Below, piece by piece: positions 10,396 to 21,980 of a DNA stretch of 64,000 nucleotides; the stretch's first letter is position 1, and each line of letters opens with the position of its first letter. A program made the position numbers and the translations under genes. The notes below the pieces were generated by a model that saw only the letters and a list, made by a program, of their open reading frames with translations, ran no database searches and was not told where the DNA came from. Source of the stretch: Armatimonadota bacterium (GTDB lineage: Bacteria; Sysuimicrobiota; Sysuimicrobiia; Sysuimicrobiales; Humicultoraceae); the NCBI GenBank assembly GCA_037443365.1, contig JBBIOM010000002.1:1-64000 (forward strand), given 5' to 3'.

Positions 10396-11085
10396 TCAGG
10401 CGGTGCGGGCGGCCTCTTCCAGTATCGCAGCGGTCTGGCTGGTTCCGATAAGATCTGCACCCGCGCCTATCATGGCCGTCGCGTCCGCGAGCGTGCGGAT
10501 CCCGCCCGAGGCCTTGACCCCCATGCCGGATCCCACGGTGCGACGCAGCAACGCCACGTCAGCCGTCGTTGCCCCTGCCCTACTGAATCCAGTGGAGGTC
10601 TTGACGTATGCCGCGCCCGCGGCAGAGGCCAGCCTGCACGCCTGGACCTTGGCGTCGTGGGTAAGCAGCGCGGTCTCCAGGATGACCTTCACAGGACGGC
10701 CTCCTGACGCGGCCACCACTGCCCGGAGATCATCCCGCACGTCGTCCCACCGGCCCTCGCAGAGCGCGCCGATGTTCGCCACGACGTCCACCTCATCGGC
10801 GCCGTCGCGGATCGCCCCGGAGACTTCCAGGGCCTTGACCTCGGACGTGGAGTTGCCGTGGGGAAACCCGATGACGGCGACGATGCGGATCCCGCTCCCT
10901 GCGAGAAGGTCGCGGGCCAGCGCGACATGCACTGGCTTGACCACGAGAGACCTGACCCCCCCGGACCGCGCCACGGCGCACCCGGATTCCACGTCGGCCC
11001 GGCCGGCTTCGGGTGCCAGAACCGAATGCTCGATGCGTCCGGCCAGGCCTCGCTGTGAGGGTGGCGCCTCACGCTGCGCGCTCAT
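10396..11085 (-). CDS. deoC: Deoxyribose-phosphate aldolase
   Basis: VIGFPHG, GADEVDVV, KVILET, YVKTSTGF, GVKASGGIR. Confidence 0.95.
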   Translation of the reverse strand: MSAQREAPPSQRGLAGRIEHSVLAPEAGRADVESGCAVARSGGVRSLVVKPVHVALARDLLAGSGIRIVAVIGFPHGNSTSEVKALEVSGAIRDGADEVDVVANIGALCEGRWDDVRDDLRAVVAASGGRPVKVILETALLTHDAKVQACRLASAAGAAYVKTSTGFSRAGATTADVALLRRTVGSGMGVKASGGIRTLADATAMIGAGADLIGTSQTAAILEEAARTA

Positions 11086-11756
11086 GCGGTGATCAGCCCC
11101 TTGCGGACGGCGTAGCGCACGAGGTGTGCGCGGTCGTGCAGGTCGAGCTTCTCCATGATGTGCGTGCGGTGCGTCTCCACGGTCTTCACGCTGATCGTGA
11201 GGCGCTCGGCGATCTCTCTGTTTGTGAGACCGTCGGCGATCAGGCGAACCACCTCGCGTTCGCGCTCCGTCAGCCCGTCGAAGCGGCGGCGCTCCTCCTG
11301 ACGGCTGCCGCCCGGGTCGTGCTCGACGGTCAGGCGTCGCGCGATCACCGGGTGGAGGAACGCGTGGCCTCCTGCCACGGCGCGTACTGCATCCACCAGG
11401 TCGCGGGCGCTGGACCGCTTCAGAACGTATCCCGAGGCACCCGCCCTGACCAGCTCGATGACGTAGTCCTCGTCCTCGTGCATGGTCAGGATGACGACGC
11501 CGACGTGCGGGAGTGAGGCCTTGATGCGGCGGGTCGCCTCCACCCCGTTCATCCTCGGCATGCTGACGTCCAGGCACACCACGTCGGGCAGAAGGCTCTG
11601 GGTCAGCTCCACGGCCCCCACGCCGTCACCCGCCTCGCCCACAACCTCGATGTCTGGCTCGGCATCCAGCAGGCGCCTGATGCCCTCGCGAACAACGGCG
11701 TGGTCATCGGCCACGATTAGCCGGATGACCCGGGGGGCTGCCTGAGCGCGCGTCAA
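11082..11756 (-). CDS. NarL/FixJ-family response regulator (REC + LuxR HTH)
   Basis: ADDH, LDVSMP, LTMH, GYVLK, LTEREREV...ISVKTVETHR. No adjacent kinase. Confidence 0.93.
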   Translation of the reverse strand: MTRAQAAPRVIRLIVADDHAVVREGIRRLLDAEPDIEVVGEAGDGVGAVELTQSLLPDVVCLDVSMPRMNGVEATRRIKASLPHVGVVILTMHEDEDYVIELVRAGASGYVLKRSSARDLVDAVRAVAGGHAFLHPVIARRLTVEHDPGGSRQEERRRFDGLTEREREVVRLIADGLTNREIAERLTISVKTVETHRTHIMEKLDLHDRAHLVRYAVRKGLITA

Positions 11757-12296
11757 GGGCGCAGGCCCTCGCGCGCGCCGCGTTCGAGCGCGGCAGCGTT
11801 GCGCGCCCTCACTCGGGGGTCCGCCACCATCCCGTCTAGGGCCGTGCGCAAGCTCTCGGCGGCCAGCACCGGCTCGGCGGCCAGCGTGGCGCCAAGCAGC
11901 ACGACGTTGGCAGCCCGCGCTGCGCCCAGTTCGGCGGCGATGGCCGTCGCCGGGACCGCTACGGACCGCACATCGGCGCGGCCAGGAGCCCTCCCGGTAA
12001 GGGTGACGTCGCACACGATGAGGCCTCCGGGCCTGACCGCGGGCTCGAACCTCTCCAGCGAAGGCCGGTTCATGGCGATCAGCACCGCCGGGTCGGAGAC
12101 CACCGGCGAACCGATCGGCCCGTCGCTGATCACCACGGTGCAGTAAGCGGTTCCTCCCCGCTGCTCCGGTCCGTACGCGGGCAGCCAGGTGACCTCGCGG
12201 CCCTCGCGGAGCGCCGCCTGCGCAAGGACCTCGCCCAGGAACAGCACGCCCTGCCCCCCGAACCCCGCGATCACTATCTCGCAGCTGGCCATGCGG

Positions 12297-12304
<8 letters not shown>
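11753..12304 (-). CDS. 2-oxoacid:ferredoxin oxidoreductase gamma subunit
   Basis: AGFGGQGV, PAYGPEQRGG. Confidence 0.92.
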
Positions 12305-13054
<750 letters not shown>

Positions 13055-13058
<4 letters not shown>

Positions 13059-14107
13059 ACCCTGGCCACCTCCTCGGCCACGGCCGCTCGGATCCTCTCG
13101 GCCACTTCCTTCGGAGACGGGACCACACCACCCACGCGGCCGTACAGCCCGACGGGCACCCTGCCCTCAACGGCGAGCCGCACGTCCTCGACCATCTGCC
13201 CGGCGCTGAGTTCGACCACCAGATAGCGACGCGGCGTCCGATCAAATGCCAGGACCGGAAACGGCCAGAGGGTGATCGGCCTTATCAGGCCGACGGCCCC
13301 CCCCTCGGCGCGCACGCGGTCGACGGCCGACCGGGCGACGCGCGCCGCCGTGCCGTATGCCACGACGATCACCCCTGCGTCGTCGGCGCGGTAGGCCTCC
13401 CAGCGCTGCTCGCGCTCACGAATCTCCTGAAAGGTCCTCATCAGGGCAAGGACGTGCCGTTCGAGTTCCTCGGGCTCGAGGTATATGGACGAGATCAATC
13501 GGGGCTTCCCCTTAGCGCCGGTCGTTGCCCAGTCCGGAGGCGGGGGCGGCGCAACGGGCTCGGGGAGCAGTACGGGCTCCATCATCTGGCCGAGTATGCC
13601 GTCGGCGGCGATCACCGAGGGCAGCCTGTAGCGCTCGGCCAGCTCGAATGCGAGGGGCATCAGGTCAACGATCTCCTGAACCGTGGACGGCGCCAGCACG
13701 ATGGCATGGGAATCACCGTGCCCGATGCCGCGCGTGACCTGGAAGTAGTCCCCCTGCGAAGGCGCGATGTTGCCGAGCCCCGGGCCGCCGCGCATCACGT
13801 TGGCCACGACGCACGGCAGCCGCGATCCCACCATGTAGGAGAGACCCTCCGTCATGAGGCTGAAGCCGGGGCTGCTGGTGGTGGCCATGGCGCGCACGCC
13901 GGCGCCCGCGGCGCCGTGCACCATGTTGATGGCCGCGACCTCGCTCTCGGCCTGGAGGAAGACGCCTCCCACCTCTGGCATGCGGCGCGACATGTACTCC
14001 GGGACCTCGTTCTGGGGCGTTATCGGATACCCGAAATACGCCCGGCAGCCGGCGCGAATGGCAGCCTCGGCGAGCGCCTCGTTTCCCTTCATGAGCGTGC
14101 GCTTCAT
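13055..14107 (-). CDS. 2-oxoacid:ferredoxin oxidoreductase alpha subunit (VorB-like)
   Basis: MKGNEA, GYPITPQ, QAESE, RGGPGLG. Confidence 0.93.
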
Positions 14108-14385
14108 GGACGGCTCTCCTGCGACCGGCGCGCCTTCCGGGGGCGCCGCACCGTTATCGCCATCTCGGGACAGACCAGGGCGCACACGGCACACGATGTG
14201 CACCGGGCCTGGTCCGTCACGCGGACGACGGCATACCCGAGGCGATTGAGCGAGCCGAGCTCCATGATCTCGATCGGACAGACGGCCACGCAGAGCGAGC
14301 AGCCCTTGCACCGGTCAGCGGCGACAATGATCCTCTGCGGCGTGACGGTCTCGGTGGGAGCGTCACCTTCCCCAGGCGCGGTCAC
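14104..14385 (-). CDS. 2x[4Fe-4S] ferredoxin (OFOR delta subunit)
   Basis: [12 protein letters not shown] and [12 protein letters not shown]. Confidence 0.92.
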   Translation of the reverse strand: MTAPGEGDAPTETVTPQRIIVAADRCKGCSLCVAVCPIEIMELGSLNRLGYAVVRVTDQARCTSCAVCALVCPEMAITVRRPRKARRSQESRP

Positions 14386-15032
14386 AAGCGATCCCCCCTC
14401 TCCTGCGCTTCCACCACATCTGTTTCGAGGGCCAGGCGGCGCAGCACCTCCTGGGCGCGAGCCACATCGCTGGAGTGCAGAACGAGGCCCAGGACCTCGC
14501 CACCCGACGCGCGCAGCGTGTGGATGGCGACGACGGGAATCTTTGCCCTGGTCAGGCCCGCGACTATCCGCGGCAGCTCAACGGCAACGCTGCCGACGGT
14601 GATGTGGAGCTTGGCCTCGTTCGGGCCGACTCCCAGAATCTCCGTGAAGGTGTCGAACAGGTCGCTCTCGGTGATCACGCCGATCAGCCGTCCGCCCTCA
14701 ACCACCGGCAGTCCCCCGATCTTGTACCGGCGCAGCAGGGCCGCGGCCTCCTCTATGGTGGCATCCGGATCAACCACGACGGGCGCGGCGGTCATCAGGT
14801 GCCGAACGACCACTCCCACCGACAGGCTGGGCGTATGTCCCGGGCCTTCGACCGCCGGGGGCCGTGCGCGAACCAGATCGGTCCAGGTGACGATGCCCAC
14901 GACGGCCTCGCCGTCAACGACCGGAAGGCGCCGGATGTGATGCCTCCGCATCAACCCCATCGCCTCCCAGGCGGGGGCCCCTGGCCCGATCACCAACGCG
15001 GGCGACGACATCCTGGCGCGAACGCGCATCAA
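14382..15032 (-). CDS. AcuB-like CBS-pair protein
   Basis: IRRLPVV...GIVT and KIGGLPVV...GVITESD, plus ACT-like tail. Confidence 0.85.
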   Translation of the reverse strand: MMRVRARMSSPALVIGPGAPAWEAMGLMRRHHIRRLPVVDGEAVVGIVTWTDLVRARPPAVEGPGHTPSLSVGVVVRHLMTAAPVVVDPDATIEEAAALLRRYKIGGLPVVEGGRLIGVITESDLFDTFTEILGVGPNEAKLHITVGSVAVELPRIVAGLTRAKIPVVAIHTLRASGGEVLGLVLHSSDVARAQEVLRRLALETDVVEAQERGDRL

Positions 15033-15039
15033 TACCCCA

Positions 15040-15672
15040 TCACGTGACCGGTTCGCCCCGCTCGGCCGATCGAAACCGTCGAATGCGTGCCTCGGTCACG
15101 TCACGCCCGATCCGTGCGGCCAGGAAGTTCAAGGGCTCAAGGGCGACGTTGGGCTCGTTGGTCCACTCCCGGTTGAAGCCGAACCGCTCGAAGAGCGCAA
15201 GCAGCCGGTCGGCGTAGATCCCGGCCTCGATGACCGTGTCCTCGATGTCCCAACACCACACGTATCCGGTGGCCACGTAGATCCGCGACTCCACCTCCGG
15301 CCGGCAGAAGGCGCGGCGAAACAGCCCCTGTGCTATCCCCTGCCCCCTGTGGCCCCGCGCCACTTCGATCCCGACCTCCATCACGCCGGGATCTCCCAGC
15401 CGGCCCCACGGCTGATCAATGCCAGCCGGAACAAGCAGCAGGTATCCGACGATGGCACGGTCGAGTATGGCCACGAAGACCTCGCCGCCGGGGGCCCGCA
15501 GCGCCCTGCCCAGTGTCTCGCGTATGATCTGAGCCCGCCGCGGGCTGTACGCGGAGAACGCCCCGAGGCCGGGGGAGATCTCGTACTCCGCCAGCGCGGC
15601 GCCGCCGCCAAGGGCAAGGATCTCGGGAAATGCCCGTGCCTGTTCCACGGCCGGGATCAAGGTGGCTCTCAC
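15040..15672 (-). CDS. acuA: AcuA-like protein lysine acetyltransferase (GNAT)
   Basis: IVGY, IEVA..HRGQG, YVWCWD, TNEPNV...N.LAARIG match B. subtilis AcuA motifs (YYWHWD, TDEPEI, ANCLMARIG). Start inferred. Confidence 0.8.
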   Translation of the reverse strand: MRATLIPAVEQARAFPEILALGGGAALAEYEISPGLGAFSAYSPRRAQIIRETLGRALRAPGGEVFVAILDRAIVGYLLLVPAGIDQPWGRLGDPGVMEVGIEVARGHRGQGIAQGLFRRAFCRPEVESRIYVATGYVWCWDIEDTVIEAGIYADRLLALFERFGFNREWTNEPNVALEPLNFLAARIGRDVTEARIRRFRSAERGEPVT

Positions 15673-15707
15673 CGGCTCCAGGATACCGCTAGCGGCCCCC
15701 GGGGGCC

Positions 15708-15725
15708 ATAGGACGGCAGCAGTAT
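15708..15725. promoter_or_regulatory. Putative response-regulator box ATAGGACGGCAGCAGTAT
   Basis: Resembles boxes at 37519 and 45009; 22 nt upstream of a TATCCT -10. Confidence 0.4.
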
Positions 15726-15757
15726 TTCGCTGATAGCCGCCCCTGGCAGACCACGCG

Positions 15758-16267
15758 CTACCGCGCGTCCACCAGCACGCGCTCAGCCACCACCGCCAGC
15801 GCAGCCTCGACCTCGGCCGACATGGCCGCGCCCGCCGAGAAGGAACGGCCCTCAATCCCGTAGACGATCAACCGCGGCGGCAGCCGGCCCAGCGCCCTGG
15901 CCAGTTCTACTGCCTCGGCGACTCCGAATGCATGGGTCGAGCACGCGCGGATCTGGGGAGGTATAGGTTGGCTGCAGGCGTCGAACCGCAGGATGCTACC
16001 CGGCGGCGCCCCGGAAGAGACCGCGTCGATCAGAATGACGGTCTCGTGGCCCTCCCAGAGGGTCACGAGGTTCGTCCCCTCGCCATCGTGCTCTACGACC
16101 GCGACTCGCCCGGGCTCCGCCATGTCAGGACATGCTGCGAGCATCTCTCTGACCCGGCGGGCAGCCACCAGCCCTGCCGCGTCGTCGGCCCTCGCGGCAT
16201 TGCCGATACCAACTACCAGCGTGGTGGAGCCGGCCACCCCACGACGGCTCCCCTCATTCCCGCACAA
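15758..16267 (-). CDS. Hydrogenase maturation endopeptidase (for group 3b enzyme)
   Basis: GIGN...DDAAG, IDAV, STHAFGV. Confidence 0.92.
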   Translation of the reverse strand: MCGNEGSRRGVAGSTTLVVGIGNAARADDAAGLVAARRVREMLAACPDMAEPGRVAVVEHDGEGTNLVTLWEGHETVILIDAVSSGAPPGSILRFDACSQPIPPQIRACSTHAFGVAEAVELARALGRLPPRLIVYGIEGRSFSAGAAMSAEVEAALAVVAERVLVDAR

Positions 16268-17552
16268 TGTCCAGCTTCAGGAAGTGCGTGGCGCACGAGA
16301 TGCACGGATCGTAGCAGCGCACAAGTTGCTCGCAGCGCAGCGTTGCCTCCTCGTGGGGCTTGCTGATGACTGAGGGAACAAACTTCCACAGGTCGTCCTC
16401 CATCCGCCGGAAATTCTGAGCGGTCGGGGGTATGATCCTGGCCGATGTGATGAGCCCCTGCTCGTCCACCTTGTACCGATGGTAGAGGGTGCCGCGGGGG
16501 GCCTCTGTGGCGTGAGCACCCTCACCGGGCTTCGGCTGGACCGGGGCCCGAGGCGGTTCCGGAGGCGCGTAGCCGTCAATGAGGGCTATTGCCTCCTCGA
16601 ACATGTGCACCGTTTCAACCCCCCGCACCAGGAGGCTCATGAACGGGTTGCGCACTGGCGGGGTGAGGCCGAGCTCGCGCGCGATCGATTGGGCAGCCGG
16701 GTAGAGCCGCTCGGAGTTCAGGTTGAACCTGGCTAGCGGCCCGACCTTGTAGCTGTTGCCTGTCCTTGCGTTGACGGAGTGCAGGGCGTTCGACCGCGCC
16801 ACGTGCTCCTCCACGTAGTGGCTCTCAAACTCGTCCACCGGGATGCTCTTGCCGGTGGACGAATGTATGCGCCCCTCGTTGAGCGGGTACTCGTTGGGAT
16901 GCGAGAGGGCCACGAACTCGTAGTCAACCTCGAAATCCGGGTAGTCGAGCCCCGCCGCCCACCTGCAGGCCGAGACCATTGCCTCCAGGCCCCACTCCAG
17001 ATCGGACTTCAGGGCCAAGAGCTCGGATCGCTTGGGAGCGCGGTAGAATCCCCCCACGCAGACCGAGATCGGATGGATCTCCCTACCGCCGATCACGGTG
17101 ACCAGGTGGTTCCCGATCTTCTTCATCCGTAGGGCAAGCTCCACGTACGGGCGCAACTGGGGATCGCCTGCCATGCTTATGGACGACTCATGCCCCAGGA
17201 AGTCGGGGGCGTGGAGCATGAACATGTGGAGCACATGGCTTTCGATGTGCTCACCGCAGTAGAGCAGGCGGCGCAACTGCCTGACGCCGGGCGGAGGAGT
17301 CACGCCCATCGCCTTCTCCAGCGCATGCGCAGCGCTCATCTGGTAGGCCACCGGGCAGATTCCGCAGATTCGGGCGGTTATGTCCACGACTTCCTGGAAG
17401 TTGCGTCCACGCAGGAACGCCTCGAACAACCGCGGGGGCTCGTAGATGTCAAGCCGCACGTCGGTGACGCTGTCACCCTCGATCTTGACGCGCAGTGCCC
17501 CCTCGCCCTCGACACGGGCGAGATAGTCAACGTTGATGCGGCGTTCTGCCAT
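16254..17552 (-). CDS. Group 3b [NiFe] hydrogenase large (alpha) subunit
   Basis: ARVEGEG, L1 RICGIC, L2 DPCISCATH with short cleavable tail. Confidence 0.95.
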   Translation of the reverse strand: MAERRINVDYLARVEGEGALRVKIEGDSVTDVRLDIYEPPRLFEAFLRGRNFQEVVDITARICGICPVAYQMSAAHALEKAMGVTPPPGVRQLRRLLYCGEHIESHVLHMFMLHAPDFLGHESSISMAGDPQLRPYVELALRMKKIGNHLVTVIGGREIHPISVCVGGFYRAPKRSELLALKSDLEWGLEAMVSACRWAAGLDYPDFEVDYEFVALSHPNEYPLNEGRIHSSTGKSIPVDEFESHYVEEHVARSNALHSVNARTGNSYKVGPLARFNLNSERLYPAAQSIARELGLTPPVRNPFMSLLVRGVETVHMFEEAIALIDGYAPPEPPRAPVQPKPGEGAHATEAPRGTLYHRYKVDEQGLITSARIIPPTAQNFRRMEDDLWKFVPSVISKPHEEATLRCEQLVRCYDPCISCATHFLKLDIVRE

Positions 17553-17556
17553 GGCT

Positions 17557-18369
17557 CTACTCCTCCGCCCTACCCGCTGTGGTCTCCCGCCCGAACTGGC
17601 TGGAGGCGATCTCAAACGCCGGTGCGTATCCGTTGAAGCTGCGGAATGCCCTCACAACGTCTGCCCGCGACAGCCCCAACTCGAGGAAGCGTGCTCCGAG
17701 CGACTCTGTATGCGGCAGTTCCATCGGCCCGAAGCATCCGTAGCATCCCCTGCCGTAGGCGGGGCAGATGGCCCCGCAGCCGACCTGGACAGCCGGCCCC
17801 AAGCACGGGGTACCCTGCGCCACCATCACGCAGACCGTGCCGCGGCGCTTGCACTCCACGCAGACGCTGTGCGTCGGCACGCTCGGCTTGCGGCCTATCA
17901 ACAGAGAAGTGACCAGCTCCAGCAACTGCCGCTTGCTTATCGGACAGCCGCGCAGCTCGAAGTCCACCGTCACGAAGTCGCTCATCGGCCTGGAGCGGTC
18001 CAGTGTATGAATGTACTCGGGCTTGGCGTAGACCACGCGAGTGAACTCGGCCACGTCTGCCCAGTTGCGCAGGGCCTGAATACCGCCCGCCGTTGCGCAT
18101 GCGCCTATGGCGACCAGCAACCCTGACTCCCTGCGCACCTCCTTGATGCGCTCGATCTCCTCCTCCGTCGTCACGGATCCTTCTACGAGTGAGACATCGT
18201 AGGGACCGGGCAGCACCTGGCGGCGCGCCTCGACGAAGTTGGCGATCTCAACCGCGCCCGCCACCGCGAGCAGCTCGTCTTCACAGTCGAGCAGCGAAAG
18301 CTGGCAGCCGTCGCACGAGGCGAACTTGAACACTCCGAGTGTAGGACGCTGCCTATGCGTCGTAGCCAT
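17557..18369 (-). CDS. Group 3b hydrogenase small (delta) subunit
   Basis: [30 protein letters not shown]. Confidence 0.94.
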   Translation of the reverse strand: MATTHRQRPTLGVFKFASCDGCQLSLLDCEDELLAVAGAVEIANFVEARRQVLPGPYDVSLVEGSVTTEEEIERIKEVRRESGLLVAIGACATAGGIQALRNWADVAEFTRVVYAKPEYIHTLDRSRPMSDFVTVDFELRGCPISKRQLLELVTSLLIGRKPSVPTHSVCVECKRRGTVCVMVAQGTPCLGPAVQVGCGAICPAYGRGCYGCFGPMELPHTESLGARFLELGLSRADVVRAFRSFNGYAPAFEIASSQFGRETTAGRAEE

Positions 18370-19238
18370 CAGTATTCCTCCACGCTGAAGAAAGGCTCGA
18401 TCCGGTCGTAGCTCAGCACCGGTCCCTCCTTGCACAGGAAGGTCGGCCCGTACTGGCAGCGACCGCAGAATGCGACGGCGCACTTCATATTGCGCTCGAG
18501 CGAGATGTGGATGGCGCTCTTCGGTATGCGGCGGGCCAGGGCCTCGTATATCACGAACTGCATCATGACCTCCGGCCCACAGGTGAGCACCGCGGTCCGG
18601 CGCGGATCCGGGCGAAGCTGGTAGAAGAGGATGGGGACCACGCCGACGCGCCCCCTCCACGACTCGTCGGCACGATCCACGGAGACGATCATTTCAATGT
18701 CGTGTCGGCCCCAGAGATCGTACTCGCTGGGGTAGAGCAGGTCGTCGGGCACGCGAGCGCCCACCAGGACCTGGACTCTACCGTAGTCGGCGCGATGGCG
18801 GATCAGGTGGTAGATGGCCGGGCGAAGCGGAGCCATACCGATGCCACCGGCGACGACGATGACGTCTTTTCCGACGATGCGCTCCATCGGCCAGTGGCTT
18901 CCGTATGGGCCGCGCAGGCCAAGGGCAGCGCCCTTTGGCAGCCTGGCTATGGCCCGCGTGACGTTGCCCACGATCCGGATCGTGTGCTTCAACCTCGTCG
19001 GCTCTCCTGGGTCAGAACTGATTGAGATCGCCGATTCACCGATCCCGGGAAGGTAGAGCATGTTGAACTGGCCGGGCTGGAAGCGGTACTGGTCGCGCAG
19101 GACAGAATCCTTGAACTCCAGGGTGTAGGTGTTGATGCCCACCGCCTCGTGCTGGACTTCCGTTATGACGGCGGTGTGCGGAAGCAAGGGGTGTCCTGGC
19201 GCGTGGTGCTGATGCTGAAAGGCCTGGGTCGCAGTCAT
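18369..19238 (-). CDS. Group 3b hydrogenase gamma subunit (FAD/NAD(P), 2Fe-2S)
   Basis: [35 protein letters not shown]. Confidence 0.93.
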   Translation of the reverse strand: MTATQAFQHQHHAPGHPLLPHTAVITEVQHEAVGINTYTLEFKDSVLRDQYRFQPGQFNMLYLPGIGESAISISSDPGEPTRLKHTIRIVGNVTRAIARLPKGAALGLRGPYGSHWPMERIVGKDVIVVAGGIGMAPLRPAIYHLIRHRADYGRVQVLVGARVPDDLLYPSEYDLWGRHDIEMIVSVDRADESWRGRVGVVPILFYQLRPDPRRTAVLTCGPEVMMQFVIYEALARRIPKSAIHISLERNMKCAVAFCGRCQYGPTFLCKEGPVLSYDRIEPFFSVEEY

Positions 19239-20359
19239 GGCTTGGACTCCCCTCTGATCGCCGCGAGCTCCTCTGTGATGTCAATACCCACAGGACACCA
19301 TGTGATACACCGACCGCACCCGACACATCCCAGGACGCCAAACTGGTCAATCCAGGCGGCCAGCTTGTGGGTGAGCCACTGGCGGTAGCGAGCCCTTACA
19401 TTGGGGCGGAGGTGTCCGCCAAAGACGTACGAGAACTCGTGGTTGAAACAGGAATCCCATACCCTGACGCGGGATGTCTCCCTGCCTGTGAGGTCGCTTG
19501 AGTCCTCTATGTCCGAGCAGAAACAAGTCGGGCATACCATCGTGCAGTTCGAACACGAAAGGCAGCGGTGTGCCACCTCGGACCACCGTTGGTGCTCGAG
19601 ATTCTCGTACATTACGTCTGGCAAACCGTGGGTGTCCATGCTGCGGCCCATGCGCCCCTCGGCATCGGCCAGCGCTCGCCGTGCCTGGCTGAGCTCAAAT
19701 GCCCCGGCAGGGCGCCACTCCACGTTCGCCAGCACGTGGGCTCCCAGCTCGGAACCGATCTCCAGCAAGAAGGCTGTCTCCATCTCGGTCATGACGATGT
19801 CGTAGCCGCTGGCGCAGCGGGGGCCGGTCTTCACCGAGAAGCAGAAGCACACCCCCCCTGGCTCGACGCAGTTGACCGCGAGGACAAAGGCGGCCTGCCT
19901 CCGGTCTCTATAGAACGAGTCCTGCGGCTTGCCCTCGAGGAACACGCGGTCCTGGACCCCGATGGCGGCGAGGTCGCACGCCCGCACACCGATCAGGGCA
20001 TACTGCGGAGGTGTACCGTCCCCGGGCGCGATCTCGATCTCCCCGTTGACCCTGCGGGCTGAGAACAGCTTAGTGACCGCCGGGTAGAGGAACTTCTTCC
20101 AGGAGTGTGGGCCAGAGGCGAAACCGAAGTACATCTCGTCGGGCCGGCGTCGGAGCCGGTATGAGCCCGGCTCCTGGGAGTCGGCCCATCCAATGGGAAG
20201 CTCGGAGATGCTGGAGATCTCTCCATGCACTATGGCGCCCGCATCCACGGTTGGGCCAACAATCGTATAGCCGGCCTCCTTCAGGGCATCAAAGACCTGT
20301 TGGAGGGCTGGCTTGGGTATGATGACGTGCCCGCCAATCGAAGGTGTCTGTACCGGCAT
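19235..20359 (-). CDS. Group 3b hydrogenase beta subunit (4Fe-4S)
   Basis: CLSCSNCTMVCPTCFC, WDSC, YRQWLTHK, CVGCGRCITWCP. Confidence 0.93.
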   Translation of the reverse strand: MPVQTPSIGGHVIIPKPALQQVFDALKEAGYTIVGPTVDAGAIVHGEISSISELPIGWADSQEPGSYRLRRRPDEMYFGFASGPHSWKKFLYPAVTKLFSARRVNGEIEIAPGDGTPPQYALIGVRACDLAAIGVQDRVFLEGKPQDSFYRDRRQAAFVLAVNCVEPGGVCFCFSVKTGPRCASGYDIVMTEMETAFLLEIGSELGAHVLANVEWRPAGAFELSQARRALADAEGRMGRSMDTHGLPDVMYENLEHQRWSEVAHRCLSCSNCTMVCPTCFCSDIEDSSDLTGRETSRVRVWDSCFNHEFSYVFGGHLRPNVRARYRQWLTHKLAAWIDQFGVLGCVGCGRCITWCPVGIDITEELAAIRGESKP

Positions 20360-20368
20360 TGATCTCTG

Positions 20369-20686
20369 TCACTCTCCTTCGCCGGGTTTGTATATGTCCA
20401 GAACCTGAATCCTAGTGGCCTTGAGCCGGCTTGCAATCACCTCGGCCACCGCCCGGAACACAAGGTATCCCAAGTTGCGATCTCGAGGGCAACGAACCCC
20501 GCGGTGACGATGTAGATCTTGTCGACGGGCTCTCCCTCCCTGAAGACGAGTTGGTCCGCGGCCCAGCTCACGGGCTCGGTTACGGCGGCGACGCTGTCAA
20601 GGTGGACCGCATCGAGCCCCTGCAGAAACGAACTCGAACGGAGCGCTTCGATCGAGGACGTCCCCCCTGTCGATCTCCCGTGTCAT
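20369..20686 (-). pseudogene. Disrupted cyclic-nucleotide-binding (Crp-like cNMP domain) gene
   Basis: Reconstructed MTREIDRGDVL/EALRSSSFLQGL...VFREGEPVDKIYIVTAGFVALEI/DRNLGYLVFRAVAEVIASRLKATRIQVLDIY. TCGA duplication at 20648-20655 and an out-of-frame internal deletion at ~20479-20484. Confidence 0.8.
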
Positions 20687-20884
20687 GCCTCCCACCCCCC
20701 TGCGACTCCCCACCTGCCCCTCGATCCAGCGGCTCGAGGTTCGCGGCTCACGGTGCCGAAGCCGCTATTGCATTCCACAGCGCCCCCCCCATAATCCTCT
20801 CGGCTACACAACAGAACGCAAAGAGGGGCGCGTTCATAGCCGGCAGCATCACCGGTGGTTCTGGAGGGTTGCAGGAAGGCGGGA

Positions 20885-21424
20885 CTAGATGCGCTCTGCC
20901 TTCCTGTAGACCACGACGTCGCCCTCGATCTGGAGATCGTCAGGGTGGTACCTGGGGATGGGAAGGTCAAGCTGCTTGAACCTGACCGGGGCGACCTTCT
21001 TATCGACGAGCCCGAGCGCTGCCGCCACGCCGTAGACAATCGCCTCCGGGCGCGGTGGGCACCCAGGGATGTAGAAGTCGACCGGAACAACCTTCTCAAC
21101 GGCACCAATCACTCCGTAGGTATCGTGCCAGATCCCTCCCCCACACGCGCAGGATCCGACAGCAAAGACGAGCTTGGGCGCGGGCATAGCATCGTAGGCC
21201 CGCCGGAGTGCCCTTGCCGTCGCCCGTGACGCCGGCCCCTGGCATAGCATGACGTCCGCATGCCGGGGTGACCCGACAAGTTTGATCCCAAAGCGCTCCA
21301 CGTCATAGTAGGGTGTCAGCACGTTCAGGACCTCTATATCACAGCCGTTGCAGCCACCGCTGTTGGCGTGGTAGACCCAGATTGACCGCTTGAACGCTCG
21401 CCGGCAGATCTCACCGATGTTCAT
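20885..21424 (-). CDS. Group 4 hydrogenase small subunit (HycG/NuoB-like)
   Basis: GGCNGCDIE, SPRHAD, GSCA, IPGCPPRP. Confidence 0.93.
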   Translation of the reverse strand: MNIGEICRRAFKRSIWVYHANSGGCNGCDIEVLNVLTPYYDVERFGIKLVGSPRHADVMLCQGPASRATARALRRAYDAMPAPKLVFAVGSCACGGGIWHDTYGVIGAVEKVVPVDFYIPGCPPRPEAIVYGVAAALGLVDKKVAPVRFKQLDLPIPRYHPDDLQIEGDVVVYRKAERI

Positions 21425-21443
21425 CTGAGGCTCACCCGTCGCG

Positions 21444-21968
21444 TTAGTCTAGCTCTATCTCGATATCGCGGACCGCAGAGCCGCCGTCTAGGAACGGCCT
21501 TGAGGCGCACACCCACCGGTCGTTCTCGAGATCATCCAGCCGATAGCCCCTCAGCTTCAGCTGCTCCAGCACAGAGGGCTCCTTGAAGCACCTCCCGCAG
21601 CGCGTGCACGTTCCCATGAAGATCTCAAGGTGCTGCTCCAGGTCGCGGATGTCGTCGGTCGCGGTCTCAAACTCCCTGCTCATCGTGATCGCGCCCTCGG
21701 GGCAGACGTCGGCGCACCGGCCGCAGTAGGTGCACCGCAGCCCAAGGTACTTGATGATCCGCACCTCCTGGCTGGGGTCGAAGACGAGGATCTCGCGCGC
21801 AGGGCAGTTGTTGGCGCACCCGGCACACCCGATGCACTTCGCCCCGTCGAAGATGGGCCGCCCTCTGAACCGCTCCGGCGTCGGCCTTGGCTCGAACGGG
21901 TAAGAGAGCGTTGCCCTGCCCGCCTTGAGGCAGATGACCGCCTCCCTGATCTTGCTCAGTACCGACAT
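21444..21968 (-). CDS. HycF/NuoI-like ferredoxin subunit
   Basis: YPF...FRGRP, CIGCAGCANNCP, CTYCGRCADVCP, CTRCG. Confidence 0.92.
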   Translation of the reverse strand: MSVLSKIREAVICLKAGRATLSYPFEPRPTPERFRGRPIFDGAKCIGCAGCANNCPAREILVFDPSQEVRIIKYLGLRCTYCGRCADVCPEGAITMSREFETATDDIRDLEQHLEIFMGTCTRCGRCFKEPSVLEQLKLRGYRLDDLENDRWVCASRPFLDGGSAVRDIEIELD

Positions 21969-21980
21969 CCCATCCCCTCC

